Below are positions 1 to 9,986 of a stretch of 64,000 nt of DNA, piece by piece. The first letter of the stretch is position 1, and each line of letters starts with the position of its first letter. The position numbers were made by a program, and so were the translations under genes. Below the pieces are notes generated by a model, which was given only the letters and a program-made list of their open reading frames with translations, searched no databases and was not told the origin of the DNA. The stretch is from Candidatus Bathyarchaeia archaeon (GTDB lineage: Archaea; Thermoproteota; Bathyarchaeia; 40CM-2-53-6): contig JBEKSC010000016.1 of assembly GCA_049517415.1 (NCBI GenBank), positions 1-64,000 on the forward strand, read 5' to 3'.

Positions 1-180
1 AACCCGACCAGGTATGTGAACCCGACCAGGTATGTGAACCCGACCAGGTATGTGAACCCGACCAGGTATGCGATCCCGACCAGGTATGTGAACCCGACCA
101 AGTGTGCGAACCCGACCAGGTATGCGATCCCGACCAGGTATGTGAACCCGACCAAGTGTGCGAACCCGACCACGTGTGCG
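1..180. repeat. 18-bp tandem repeat, 10 units visible, runs off the left window edge
   Basis: Unit AACCCGACCAGGTATGTG with variants ATCCCG..., ...CAAGTGTGCG and ...CACGTGTGCG; units are contiguous with no spacers. Confidence 0.97.
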
Positions 181-227
181 AGGACCATGAATGTGAAGAA
201 AGCGTATGTGACACTGCACTTACATAA
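3..227 (+). CDS. 3' end of a Cys/acidic hexapeptide-repeat protein, (PDQVCE/D)n...CEDHECEESVCDTALT*; 5' part lies outside the window
   Basis: In frame +3 the repeat variants are synonymous or conservative (TGT/TGC, CAG GTA/CAA GTG, GAA/GAT). In the listed ORF 16..258 they are non-synonymous. Stop TAA at 225-227. Confidence 0.75.
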   Translation, partial: PDQVCEPDQVCEPDQVCEPDQVCDPDQVCEPDQVCEPDQVCDPDQVCEPDQVCEPDHVCEDHECEESVCDTALT

Positions 228-364
228 TTGCTGCTACTGGAAAGAAGACTCATCATAGCAACGCAAACGATAACGCACAACACCAGAGTACGTACCTTGC
301 TAGACACTCCAATCAACCCTTTTCTTCGGACAATCCCCGTACTTAACTACGTCGTGTAGTTGCC

Positions 365-751
365 TTGGCCCTCAATAATAAGATTGTGGAAAAATTTCAC
401 TTTGTGGGGGTGCTCAAACAACCGTATCGAATCGTCACTGAACGCAAGATGCAGAATGGACGCGAACTTAGAACCTACTGGCGATGGCCCGACGGTACGA
501 CACGAGAGGCGCAAGAGATACTTAGTTTGAAGTCGGATGGAAGTTGGACCTTCGAGGTCCCAAACGGCGTGGGTTTCCGCATCGTGGACGAATTCCGAGC
601 CGAATCCGTTCCAACCGGCACCAAACTCATTATTCGTAGTACCCTGACGCCGCTGGACCATTCCGCTGCCAGCCGTATTTCTGCCCAGAAGGAGTTTATG
701 ATTCAGGGTTGGAAGGACGCGGCAGAAATTTGCGAACGTGACGCGCCCTAA
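365..751 (+). CDS. hypothetical protein, possibly SRPBCC/START-like
   Basis: 128-aa ORF, beta-rich with a C-terminal amphipathic helix (MIQGWKDAAEICE); the fold guess is weak. Confidence 0.45.
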   Translation: MALNNKIVEKFHFVGVLKQPYRIVTERKMQNGRELRTYWRWPDGTTREAQEILSLKSDGSWTFEVPNGVGFRIVDEFRAESVPTGTKLIIRSTLTPLDHSAASRISAQKEFMIQGWKDAAEICERDAP

Positions 752-789
752 GTCAAATCGCATCTATAAGGAATCGCCTGAACCGTTAC

Positions 790-890
790 GGTGTGTGTAG
801 GTCAGCTGGTGCGCACACACACCCCCCTCGGTTCAGATCCAGCCGATGGGTGTTTCGGGTACACCCACTGGGGTGAAAGTCCCACGCAGT
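790..890 (+). ncRNA. putative structured non-coding element (four hairpins including a GGGTGAAAGTCCC T-loop hairpin)
   Basis: GGTGTGTGT 790-798/ACACACACC 815-823; TCGG 828-831/CCGA 843-846; TGGGTGT 847-853/ACACCCA 861-867; ACTG-GGGTGAAAGTCCC-ACG-CAGT 867-890. Confidence 0.3.
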
Positions 891-990
891 ATCTTCAGTC
901 TCAAATCCTATATGGGTAACGAAGTCTAGGCTTCGTAGATTCATGATCTTCATTGTTTGGAGTGCGTTGTACCGTACCAACTGAGGAGGA

Positions 991-2952
991 TTGGAGAGGA
1001 TGAGTGGGGAGCAGCGAAGACTTGCAGCAGTAATGTTCACCGACATAGTCGGATACAGCTCCCTAACCCAGAAGAACGAGCGGCTAGCGCTTGAACTGCT
1101 TGAGGAGCATAGAGGGATAGTTCGCCCAATAGTTGCCCGCCACAACGGCCACGAGATCAAGACCATCGGAGACGCGTTCCTCATAGAATTCCCAAGCGCC
1201 CTCGAAGCAACAGAATGCGCCGTCGAGGTACAGCGGAGCCTTCATGACCATAATCAGCAGTCAAGTGAGGCTAGGCGTGTTCACATCAGGATCGGAATTC
1301 ACCTGGGGGACGTAATACGGCAGCAGAATGACGTCCTCGGAGACGCCGTAAACATTGCGTCAAGGATCGAACCGCTGGCGGAGCCGGACGGCGTTTGCAT
1401 ATCCGAACAGGTCTACGACCAAGTCAGAAACAAAATAGCCTACCCGACAGAGAACCTTGGACCACGCCAACTGAAGAACATAGAGTACCCGATCGACCTG
1501 CACAGAATCATATGGACGAAGGATAACGTCGCGTCTGGGCAGGAAACGAATCGCAAGTCGCGTCTGGACAGTAAGCGAATCGCCGTACTGCCCTTCGCCA
1601 ACATAAGCCCCGACCCCGCAGATGAGTACTTCGCCGATGGCATGACGGAGGAGCTGATTGACAGGCTCGCTCAGGTGAAGAGTCTGAAGGTCATCGCTCG
1701 AACATCGGTGATGAGTTACAAGAAGAAGGAGAAGAAGGTCTCCGAGATTTCTAGAGAGCTTGAGGTTGGAACACTCGTCGAAGGAAGCGTGAGGAAAGCT
1801 GGCAACCGGGTTAGGGTCACCGTCCAGCTGATAAGCGCAGGCACCGAGGAGCATCTCTGGTCGTCGCACTACGACAAAGACCTGGACGACATCTTCGCGG
1901 TGCAGAGCGAGATAGCGGAGAGTGTCGTCGAGGCTCTGAAAGTCAAGCTGCTCGAATCTGAAAAGAGGAATCTCCGGAAAAGTCCCACGTCCAACCCCGA
2001 GGCATACACGCTCTACTTGAGGGGAAGACATCACTACAATAAGGGAGGCAGGGAGAGCACCGAAGAGGCTATCAAGTATTTCGAGAGATCCGTCCAGCAG
2101 GACCCGACCTTTGCACTAGGATACGCCGGGCTCGCAACCTGTCACCAAGCGATGATAGTGACCGGGTACACCCGTCCCGCGATCGCCTATCCCAAGGCGA
2201 TGGCACTCGCCCGGAAGGCGCTGGAGCTCGACCCGGACCTCGGGGAGGCACACGCGGTATTGGGCAGCGTACTGTGTTTCTACGAACGGGATTTTCGGCG
2301 GGCAGAGAAGGAAATCACGGAGGCGATTGCATTGAATCCGAGCTACTCGACAGCTCACCTGTGGTATTGCATAGTGCTGCATGCCGAGGGGCGCCCCAAC
2401 GAAGCCCACGCGGAGGTCCTGAAAGCACTGGAGCTCGATCCGCTCTCCCCGCGTATCAACGCTGTTATAGGGCATTCCCTTGGCCTTCAGAGGATGCATG
2501 ACAGAGCGATAGAGCAACTTGAGTCCGTGGTACGCACGAACCCCCGCTTCCGCTTTACTTACGGCGAGCTCGTCCTGGAGTGCGTCGGCAACTCGACGTA
2601 CGAGAAGGCGCTCAAGGCGATTGAAGACCTGTCTCGACTTACCAATCAGCCCTTGGAAAAGAAGCTCTACACCGCCTACGTTTACGCGGCGATGGGCAAG
2701 GAGAGCGAGTCACGCAGTCTGCTGGACGAGGTCGAGGGAAGGTTCGAAGAAGAAATACTGAGCCCGTACGTTGTAGCGCTTACCTATTTCAAGCTCAAAG
2801 ACAACGACGCTGGCTTCAAGTGGCTCGAGAGGGCCTACAGCGATTATGATTTCAATTTGTTGCGGCTGGGTATTGACGTCTACTTGGAACCGGCCAGGTC
2901 AGACCCGAGATACGCTCAACTGTTTGGCAGAATCGGACTGGACAGAAAGTAG
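991..2952 (+). CDS. class III adenylate/guanylate cyclase - TolB-like - TPR protein
   Basis: RRLAAVMFTDIVGYS, KTIGDAFL, RIGIHLGDV, GDAVNIASRIE; IAVLPFANIS...YFADGMTEEL; C-terminal TPRs. Start may be ATG 1000. Confidence 0.93.
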   Translation: MERMSGEQRRLAAVMFTDIVGYSSLTQKNERLALELLEEHRGIVRPIVARHNGHEIKTIGDAFLIEFPSALEATECAVEVQRSLHDHNQQSSEARRVHIRIGIHLGDVIRQQNDVLGDAVNIASRIEPLAEPDGVCISEQVYDQVRNKIAYPTENLGPRQLKNIEYPIDLHRIIWTKDNVASGQETNRKSRLDSKRIAVLPFANISPDPADEYFADGMTEELIDRLAQVKSLKVIARTSVMSYKKKEKKVSEISRELEVGTLVEGSVRKAGNRVRVTVQLISAGTEEHLWSSHYDKDLDDIFAVQSEIAESVVEALKVKLLESEKRNLRKSPTSNPEAYTLYLRGRHHYNKGGRESTEEAIKYFERSVQQDPTFALGYAGLATCHQAMIVTGYTRPAIAYPKAMALARKALELDPDLGEAHAVLGSVLCFYERDFRRAEKEITEAIALNPSYSTAHLWYCIVLHAEGRPNEAHAEVLKALELDPLSPRINAVIGHSLGLQRMHDRAIEQLESVVRTNPRFRFTYGELVLECVGNSTYEKALKAIEDLSRLTNQPLEKKLYTAYVYAAMGKESESRSLLDEVEGRFEEEILSPYVVALTYFKLKDNDAGFKWLERAYSDYDFNLLRLGIDVYLEPARSDPRYAQLFGRIGLDRK

Positions 2953-3007
2953 TGATATAGGAAAAAAGCCGGTCGGTCGCCAGAGACACTAAAGTCGACT
3001 GTGATTT

Positions 3008-3214
3008 TCATAGGATATTTTGGCGCATCAACCGAGGACTTGACGTTACCGTTGATTGGGTAACGTAACTTTCGTAGCAAGACAACGAACAAACTTGAAC
3101 CCTCATCATTAGCAAGTGGGCGACTAAAGGGACCTCTGTCTGCGTATGGTCAAAATCGACCCACGATTTAGGATGCCCTTCGCTTGGACAGATGATCTGT
3201 TTAGGTTCGGCCAA
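3008..3214 (-). CDS. small hypothetical protein with a decayed paralogue near 5.6 kb
   Basis: N-terminus KQIICPSEGHPKSWVDFD matches KQITCPSEG*PNSWIDLD on the minus strand at ~5590-5642. Confidence 0.35.
   Translation of the reverse strand: MAEPKQIICPSEGHPKSWVDFDHTQTEVPLVAHLLMMRVQVCSLSCYESYVTQSTVTSSPRLMRQNIL
3153..3202. repeat. imperfect direct repeat, copy 1
   Basis: 41/50 identities by manual ungapped alignment with 5593-5642. Confidence 0.8.
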
Positions 3215-3473
3215 GTCTTCGTTCGGTGGATGATTTGACTTCCTTCCTCGTCATTTGCGTTCAGGCTACGCTCGGCAAGAGTTAAGGATCAAGAACCAAT
3301 AGCCTCGTTCCGCAAGTCTTGCTCGCAGAACCTCTTAGCAATATTCCTAGCCCCATTTAGATCTGCATTTGAACCAATCCGCAGACATAGCATTCAAAGA
3401 TGGATTGCTTAATCCGAGTTGGTGCCGGGAACCGTGATGATGAAAGCACGAAGGATTGCGGGAACGCTCGTAT

Positions 3474-3665
3474 TCAGGGGGTAGTCTCGGTTGTCAATTC
3501 ATCCTTTGGCGCTAGTTTATCACTTGGTTTGTCAAATTCGCGGCCGCATGACTCGCAGTGGTACGCTAGAACTAACTTGGATTCACCCGCAACCCAAACT
3601 AGTTCATGGCTTTCGATGGCTAATCCAGAACCGCAGATCGGGCACCGCATGCTCGATGTCTCCAC
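3474..3665 (-). CDS. small zinc-ribbon protein
   Basis: CPICG...HCESCG; its GTG start abuts the stop of the upstream Zn-ribbon gene. Confidence 0.7.
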   Translation of the reverse strand: METSSMRCPICGSGLAIESHELVWVAGESKLVLAYHCESCGREFDKPSDKLAPKDELTTETTP

Positions 3666-3932
3666 TCATTGGGCGACGGGCGATGTCATAATCGCCTTGC
3701 CGAGTGACCAGAATCCTCTGGCTGAGCAGGTTTCACAGCTCCAGCCGACGCGGTCCCCTGTCTTGCTAGAATAGAAAATCACGATCCTATCTCCGCACCT
3801 TGGACAGCGAAGCTTCGTCAGTTCAGAATCAAGCGCCACTATTGTGTCCTCCCTGTGAGGGAACTTAGGTAGGGCTGGGACATTATGTTCGACCGAGAGA
3901 GTATCCTTCAGTTTGAGAATTTGAAGTATCAT
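3666..3932 (-). CDS. small zinc-ribbon protein
   Basis: CPRCG...SCETCS; start codon uncertain. Confidence 0.65.
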   Translation of the reverse strand: MILQILKLKDTLSVEHNVPALPKFPHREDTIVALDSELTKLRCPRCGDRIVIFYSSKTGDRVGWSCETCSARGFWSLGKAIMTSPVAQ

Positions 3933-4056
3933 ACTTTGTCAACCTATGTCAATCAATCAGATTGAATGATGTTGTTTGGCACTTTTTGGATTCAGTGGTC
4001 GCGGAGGAACCCTCATTAAAGTACCGCTGACGTAGAATACCATAGAGGGCAGTGAA

Positions 4057-5235
4057 TTGGTTCAGAAGAATGTTAGCATCTATACCTCAGGAAGGAAAAC
4101 TTGGATTGCTGCAGGTTTTCCACGAGAATGGGCCGAAAGTTGGCAGAAAATCTGTCAAAGAGAAGCAAATGAAGACGAGAAAGAGAAAGTTCGCTTCATC
4201 GTTCGATTCACCTCTCTTGGAAGGGAACTTGCATTCCTAAGTCCGTTTCCCGCCAGATCTGCTGAAGCTACCCTCCAATGCAGTGATATTACCCAGGCAG
4301 AATTCGGGCTAATTTCCGGTTATTTGAACGGATGTAGGAAATTAATGCTGAACTTTCCCGATAACGAAGAAGGAAAATATCTCGAAGCTCTCAACCGCTG
4401 GCGGAGAAAACTCCCGGGGACAAATTTGGGGCGAAGGAAGCATGAAAAGAATGGGGTCCAACAAGTAGTGGAGTTCGAGGTCCCAACAAAGACCATTAGC
4501 GAAATCTTGGAGGATCTCCACGCTCAATACTTCGGCATACGCGACAGAGTTCAGCGGGCGTTTACTGAGGCCTCAACCTTGCCGATTAACGCTAGCATCC
4601 TAAAAGAAACATATGGTGCAGTCCAAGAACAAGAGGACGTAGCTGATTCGTTGGTCTTCCAGGGAAAGAGACTTCTGACAAGCGCTTTAGATAACCCTGA
4701 AATCCTACATAGTGCAGGAATTAGCGGACTCAGAGAAACTGTTCCCAACACAGTGCTTTTGCACAATATGGAGAGGATAATCGACTTACACACCGAATGC
4801 CTTGAAGGATTGATCAATCTTAACAAAAGTATTGAGGCGGATGCCGTTTCCAAGAAGAAGCTCGCGAGCCCATCTAAACTCATGTTATCTAAAGCGAAAT
4901 ACGGTTTTCCTCAGTTTCTTGTTGACATTCAGAAATTCGTAGACAAGGCATGGGAGGGCCTAAGAATACCTATTATCGCTCTGTCAGTGGTTCGAACGAG
5001 GCACGACTGTTTCACTCATCCAGTATTTGGGAGGGTCGCCTTTAGAGGCGACGACATCACACAAAGCAATCGTGAAGCAATCATAGCGCTCGTAATAGGA
5101 AGCACCGCTTACCAGACACAACTAGGTTGGCTGCAGGGTAAGATGTGGGCCATGACAGGTCATGCGATTAACCTAGCGGAGGCTGCGCTGAACCTTCTAG
5201 AGCCTGAGAAAATTGGTCAGCCTTTACAAAAATGA
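4057..5235 (+). CDS. divergent archaeal AbrB-PhoU family phosphate uptake regulator
   Basis: AbrB-like N-terminus (TSGRKTWIAAGFPREWA); PhoU-like helices QEDVADSL, HNMERIIDLH, GHAINLAEAALN. Confidence 0.65.
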   Translation: MVQKNVSIYTSGRKTWIAAGFPREWAESWQKICQREANEDEKEKVRFIVRFTSLGRELAFLSPFPARSAEATLQCSDITQAEFGLISGYLNGCRKLMLNFPDNEEGKYLEALNRWRRKLPGTNLGRRKHEKNGVQQVVEFEVPTKTISEILEDLHAQYFGIRDRVQRAFTEASTLPINASILKETYGAVQEQEDVADSLVFQGKRLLTSALDNPEILHSAGISGLRETVPNTVLLHNMERIIDLHTECLEGLINLNKSIEADAVSKKKLASPSKLMLSKAKYGFPQFLVDIQKFVDKAWEGLRIPIIALSVVRTRHDCFTHPVFGRVAFRGDDITQSNREAIIALVIGSTAYQTQLGWLQGKMWAMTGHAINLAEAALNLLEPEKIGQPLQK

Positions 5236-5592
5236 CGAGGCTAAACCCCAAGTCGGTGCCTCACATATATTAGAAAATTGACGCTAAAGATCAGGAGAAC
5301 ACCACAAAAAGGACCGTAGACAAGTTGCACTGCATTGCCTATGAGAAACAGGAATGCTTCGAGTACCCCTGTAACAACCGCGTGGAACATCACACGACTC
5401 ATTGACCGTCGCATGTTTTCGGCACCTTACCCATAGGTAGAGAAGAAACGCGATAAAGGGGGTCACTAAATCACAAGAGTTGTCAAAGTTTCGACTTGCG
5501 AGAAATCCACCAGACAGAAGAGCGGCCCCTTGAATGCGGGCGAATAGGTGATTGCCGCGTTCAGGCCAACCAAGAAAAATGGAGGAAAGTCC

Positions 5593-5642
5593 AAGTCGAT
5601 CCACGAGTTAGGTTATCCTTCGCTTGGGCAGGTGATTTGTTT
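5593..5642. repeat. imperfect direct repeat, copy 2 (pseudogene fragment)
   Basis: Matches 3153-3202; in-frame TAA on the minus strand at 5613-5615 where the other copy has His. Confidence 0.75.
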
Positions 5643-5670
5643 ATAGGTTAAGATTGCCCAAAAAGGAAAT

Positions 5671-6213
5671 ATGAGTCAGGAAATAGCTACTCTGGGTGGC
5701 GGCTGTTTCTGGTGCACGGAAGCAGTCTTCAGCGACTTGAAGGGCGTCGTGAAGGTTGAGTCTGGATATTCTGGGGGTACGGTGGCAAACCCAAGTTACG
5801 AAGAGGTCTGCACGGGAAGAACGGGGCACGCCGAAGTAGCGCAGGTTACCTTTGACCCTGAAGTGATTTCATACAAGGAAATCCTTGAGATCTTCTTCAC
5901 CGTACACGACCCTACTACTCTAAACCGGCAAGGGGCTGACGTTGGCACTCAGTACCGTTCCGTAATCTTCTACCATAACAACGAACAGAGGGCGGTCGCC
6001 GAACAAGTGATCAAGGAGATCACGGCGGCCGGGATATGGGATGCACCGGTCGTTACTCAAGTCGAACCGTTGAAAGCCTTCTACAAGGCCGAGGACTACC
6101 ACCAACAATACTTCGAGAATAACCCGAGGCAGTCCTACTGCCAAATTGTGATTGCGCCCAAAGTTAGGAAGTTTCGGGAACACTTCCGAGACCGGTTAAA
6201 GGCAGATACTTGA
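5671..6213 (+). CDS. msrA: peptide-methionine (S)-S-oxide reductase
   Basis: [45 protein letters not shown]. Confidence 0.98.
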   Translation: MSQEIATLGGGCFWCTEAVFSDLKGVVKVESGYSGGTVANPSYEEVCTGRTGHAEVAQVTFDPEVISYKEILEIFFTVHDPTTLNRQGADVGTQYRSVIFYHNNEQRAVAEQVIKEITAAGIWDAPVVTQVEPLKAFYKAEDYHQQYFENNPRQSYCQIVIAPKVRKFREHFRDRLKADT

Positions 6214-6215
6214 AT

Positions 6216-6410
6216 CTAGCGGGCTAGGGTTCGACCGCATGACCCGCAGAAGTGGGCGTACTGAGGGTTGACGGTACTGCAGTAGGAACAGGTTATGGTT
6301 GAAAGGGATTTACCGCAACCGTAACAGTATTTGTTCGCAGCCGGATTGCTCATACCGCAGTTGCTGCAAAACACAATGCCCGGCCTTTGCGGACCAGCCT
6401 GCATAGCCAA
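6216..6410 (-). CDS. double zinc ribbon protein
   Basis: Four CxxC pairs (CSNCG, CYGCG, CSYCS, CGSCG). Confidence 0.8.
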   Translation of the reverse strand: MAMQAGPQRPGIVFCSNCGMSNPAANKYCYGCGKSLSTITCSYCSTVNPQYAHFCGSCGRTLAR

Positions 6411-6713
6411 TCAATATTAGCAGTTGTCCCCCTCTCCTTATAGAATCTCCGGCAACTTGAATTGAATTGATACGCGTACGTGGTTCCTATTTTTCTAGGA
6501 TGGAGGTGATTTCATGGGAAAAGTCGGATTGTTAGCGCTTATGGTTTGGACGTCGGCATCGTGGCCGGGGTTTGTTACTAAAGGGATGGTCGCCCTTGTT
6601 CTTGTAAGCGGAACGGACTCCGGTGTATTTTCTTGGAGCCTCGGGCAGGGTTTGAAGCCGCAGTGGGTCCCTTCGTACTCGAATCCTCGTATCACTAGGC
6701 TTGTGTCTTACGA

Positions 6714-8261
6714 TTATTCTGGGGGAATCTCCTTGAATGCTAGCGACAGGTCGATACCTTGCTTCTTCAGATATTGTTTGTGTGCAAGGTAAAGTATTAG
6801 GCCGCCGATGAATGAGCATAGCAGGAATGCGTAACTTAGTGTGTTTCCGCCGTATATACTTGGAAATATCACGAACTCATAGGAAACGAATGCGAAGACG
6901 GCGGTGCTGAGCACGCCCGCTATTACAAGCCCAGCTCGAACAGCATTCGATTCGGATTTTCTTCGAACTCCGTACAAGATCGATGCGACTGCAACGAACA
7001 TGAAAAAGAGCATTGGGCCAATGGCCGTGGCGGACAACGCTGAGAGTTCACCGTAGTAGAAGGCCGTCGCGCCCACCAGCAGAATCGCCAAGACTAGGTC
7101 GAAGATGTGGGCAACTGCGGGGGAATTAAACCGCGGGCTCACGTAAGCAAACTTCGCAGGCAGAAACCTGTCGAATGACAAAGCAAGGATGTATCTCGCA
7201 ACCGCCATTATGGTCACCATCAAGAAGATAATATTCCAGATAATCCAAGCGAGGCCAAGCGTCACCGAGACGGCTAGATTGTTCGCGACGCCCATGGCAA
7301 GAGTCCAGAAGTTGAAGCCGTAATCAAATACCAGAGTCGAGTTTGCGAAGGCGGAATTGATGAATGGTTGGCCTGCGACCCCGTAGAGGACGGCGAAAAC
7401 TATCGTCCAGATTATGAAGACCGTAATTCCAGAAATCGGGACGCTCCATCTCAACGCAGTCTTTCCTTTCAACTCGGATCCAGCGATTGTGGACATGTTG
7501 AACCATGGGAAGAGGAACAGGAAATAGAACGGAATCAGGATGAGAGTGTTTCCAAAATCGAATGATGGCCCCGTATAGGAGTTGGCCAATGAGTTGTAAG
7601 TCGTACCGTTAATCCCTAGTGAATTCACGTAGCTGACGACTCCGCTTCTGCCTGCGCCAACTAGAATGATGAGCGCCAAGACTATCCCGATAGTACCGAA
7701 CACGACCAATACAGTCAGCGTTCTGATTGCGGTCTTGGGGCTGACTATGTTAACCAAGACCAATATTGTGAAGATAATTGACCCAAGAATGAATTGGGAC
7801 GTTGGGGCAGCTCCAGGAATGTTTCCCGGCAACGCGAGGCCCAGAAAGTTCTGGTTTCCCAGAGCAACTCCAACTGATCCGATCGAGAAGACAGCCGACA
7901 GAATTAGAATTGCGACAAACGCGATGAAGTTCAGACACGCCCCAGTTAAACCCATGGCACTGCCAAAGAGTCCACCAAGCTGTCTAGACATCCAAACGTA
8001 GTCGCCACCGGTGCGCGGAGTTCGCCTCTGGATTATCGTGTAGATGAACATTTGAGGAAGAACGAACAGGAACCCTATTACTGAACCGTAGACTAGGTTG
8101 ACGCCGGACATTGTCGGAAAGAACACTGTATAGAGCGGGAGTAGGGCGATCGTTGCGCCGAGGCCCATCCAAGCCGCGTTCATGCTTATTGCATCAAGCA
8201 ATGAAACGTTCTTCACTAACCCCGTAGCTTCCCGGACAAAAACCGTCGGACGCTTCGACAT
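6714..8261 (-). CDS. APC family amino acid permease
   Basis: Archaeal-type N-terminus FVREATGLVK, PRTGGDYVW, about 12 hydrophobic segments, C-terminal FKEIPPE; likely start ATG 8261. Confidence 0.93.
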   Translation of the reverse strand: MSKRPTVFVREATGLVKNVSLLDAISMNAAWMGLGATIALLPLYTVFFPTMSGVNLVYGSVIGFLFVLPQMFIYTIIQRRTPRTGGDYVWMSRQLGGLFGSAMGLTGACLNFIAFVAILILSAVFSIGSVGVALGNQNFLGLALPGNIPGAAPTSQFILGSIIFTILVLVNIVSPKTAIRTLTVLVVFGTIGIVLALIILVGAGRSGVVSYVNSLGINGTTYNSLANSYTGPSFDFGNTLILIPFYFLFLFPWFNMSTIAGSELKGKTALRWSVPISGITVFIIWTIVFAVLYGVAGQPFINSAFANSTLVFDYGFNFWTLAMGVANNLAVSVTLGLAWIIWNIIFLMVTIMAVARYILALSFDRFLPAKFAYVSPRFNSPAVAHIFDLVLAILLVGATAFYYGELSALSATAIGPMLFFMFVAVASILYGVRRKSESNAVRAGLVIAGVLSTAVFAFVSYEFVIFPSIYGGNTLSYAFLLCSFIGGLILYLAHKQYLKKQGIDLSLAFKEIPPE

Positions 8262-8317
8262 AGTTCGGTTGTATCGTTTTAGGTCAATATTTATCGGTTG
8301 TGTAGTAACGAATGTTA

Positions 8318-9133
8318 CTACATTTTTGCTTTCGAATGATACGGAGTGCCTGCCTCCCAAAGGCTATCAAACATTCCTTGAAACGCGGTCACAAAGCCGT
8401 TGTTGTTGGTCCATAGATCCGCCTCCCGCGCTCCGCCAACCGAGTCAATGTCCGTCAGTTTCGGCCCAAATGCGACTTCCTTTCCGTCGCAGATATTGAT
8501 GTAGAACGATATGTTGTCAGCATTCCTAACCTGCGAATATTCCCTGACAGCGGAAATCTGTTTGCTGTTAGACTTGTCGATCTCAGTGACAATGCGTATC
8601 CTAACTCCTCGTATGTGAGCAGCAGCCAATGCTCGTAAGCCCGAACTCTTCTTAGTTAAGCGTGCCATACCCCATTTGCTGTAGACAACATCAAAGTACG
8701 ATTGAGCTCGATCTATCATTTCCAGAGTGGATGTTGTTACACGATCACGCCCAGGCAAGAGTTTGAAGTCGCTCTGAGGAGTCTCGGCTGATATAGTTCT
8801 GTTCTCTATCAAGGAACGGATTTCTTCGTATTTCGTAACCAAGTCTCGTGCCTTATGAGAGAATTCCATGAGCAATCTCTGAAGTCCATGCTCCGCGTTG
8901 GAAGCTTCGTATCGTGCTGGGTTTGCCAGGAATTTTGTTACTAATCCTTTCCTCACAAGTTCGGAGAGAATACGGTACACTTCGGGTCGGATCAGCCCGA
9001 GCTCCTTCGCAAGTCGGCTTGCCTTCGAGCGACCCTGCGTCAGAAGGCATAGGTAGCACTCTGCCTGTAGTCTCGTGAGACCGAGCTCCCTTAGGAAGGC
9101 GAGTATATCTGCGTTATCTAATTGAGGACTCAA
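8318..9133 (-). CDS. TrmB family transcriptional regulator
   Basis: LGLTRLQAECYLCL...RPEVYRILSELVRKGLV HTH; C-terminal effector domain (RGVRIRIVT, ICDGKEV). Confidence 0.9.
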   Translation of the reverse strand: MSPQLDNADILAFLRELGLTRLQAECYLCLLTQGRSKASRLAKELGLIRPEVYRILSELVRKGLVTKFLANPARYEASNAEHGLQRLLMEFSHKARDLVTKYEEIRSLIENRTISAETPQSDFKLLPGRDRVTTSTLEMIDRAQSYFDVVYSKWGMARLTKKSSGLRALAAAHIRGVRIRIVTEIDKSNSKQISAVREYSQVRNADNISFYINICDGKEVAFGPKLTDIDSVGGAREADLWTNNNGFVTAFQGMFDSLWEAGTPYHSKAKM

Positions 9134-9296
9134 CTAATCTACACGGACGATCGATTGCTGCTGCAAATGACTAAGATTGTGAAGCACAAAAGCATTTTCT
9201 CTCAACTTCACTCGGCACTTTTCAAACGCTAGGACAAGTTAAATTTCTCACCAGCATAACCTCGGACTGAACTGCTCAAATGAAAGGAGAGGACAT

Positions 9297-9986
9297 GTGA
9301 GCGCCTACTATTCGCACAAGCTCTCAGCCACACGACTCAAGCAAGTGTACGAGATAGCTCCTATCAGAGTCAGGCAATATCTCGACGCAGAGGTGAATCA
9401 TGTTTTGGAGAAGATTCGTCCGGGTGATCTAGTCGTCGAGCTGGGGTGCGGCTATGGGCGGATAATTCCAAGGTTAGCTGCAAAAGCAGGATGGGTGGTT
9501 GGGATCGACACATCTGGCGGGAGTCTGGAATATGCACGGGAAGCACTTGACATTCCGAATTGCGCGCTTTCTCGCATGAACGCTGTTAAACTTGCCTTCT
9601 ACGACGGGGCTTTCGACTGTGTGATCTGCATTCAGAATGGTATTTCCGCGTTTCACGTCGACCAACAGGCACTTGTCAGTGAGAGTGTCCGCGTGGCAAA
9701 AGCAGGCGCCACTGTTCTCTTCTCAAGCTACTCGGAAAGGTTCTGGAAGGATCGCCTCGAATGGTTTGAGCTTCAATCAAAGGCGGGACTCGTGGGAGAA
9801 ATCGACTATGAGAAAACAACGGACGGTGTCATCGTATGCAAGGACGGCTTCACGGCAACCACGATGAGCAGCGACCATTTTCTCGCACTGACAGCCCAAC
9901 TCGACGCCGATGTTCGGATTGTAGAGGTAGACGAATCGAGTTTGTTCTGTGAGATAGTACGAGGCTCTCAAAGTCCAAGCAAATGA
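9297..9986 (+). CDS. class I SAM-dependent methyltransferase
   Basis: VVELGCGYGR motif I, GIDTS, FDCVIC. Confidence 0.9.
   Translation: MSAYYSHKLSATRLKQVYEIAPIRVRQYLDAEVNHVLEKIRPGDLVVELGCGYGRIIPRLAAKAGWVVGIDTSGGSLEYAREALDIPNCALSRMNAVKLAFYDGAFDCVICIQNGISAFHVDQQALVSESVRVAKAGATVLFSSYSERFWKDRLEWFELQSKAGLVGEIDYEKTTDGVIVCKDGFTATTMSSDHFLALTAQLDADVRIVEVDESSLFCEIVRGSQSPSK

Noticed and set aside
1..180. CRISPR array
   Set aside because: Units are contiguous with no unique spacers, and there is no cas operon in the window.
16..258. ORF-track protein (NPTRYV)n
   Set aside because: Repeat variants are non-synonymous in this frame but silent or conservative in frame +3, so +3 is the more likely coding frame.
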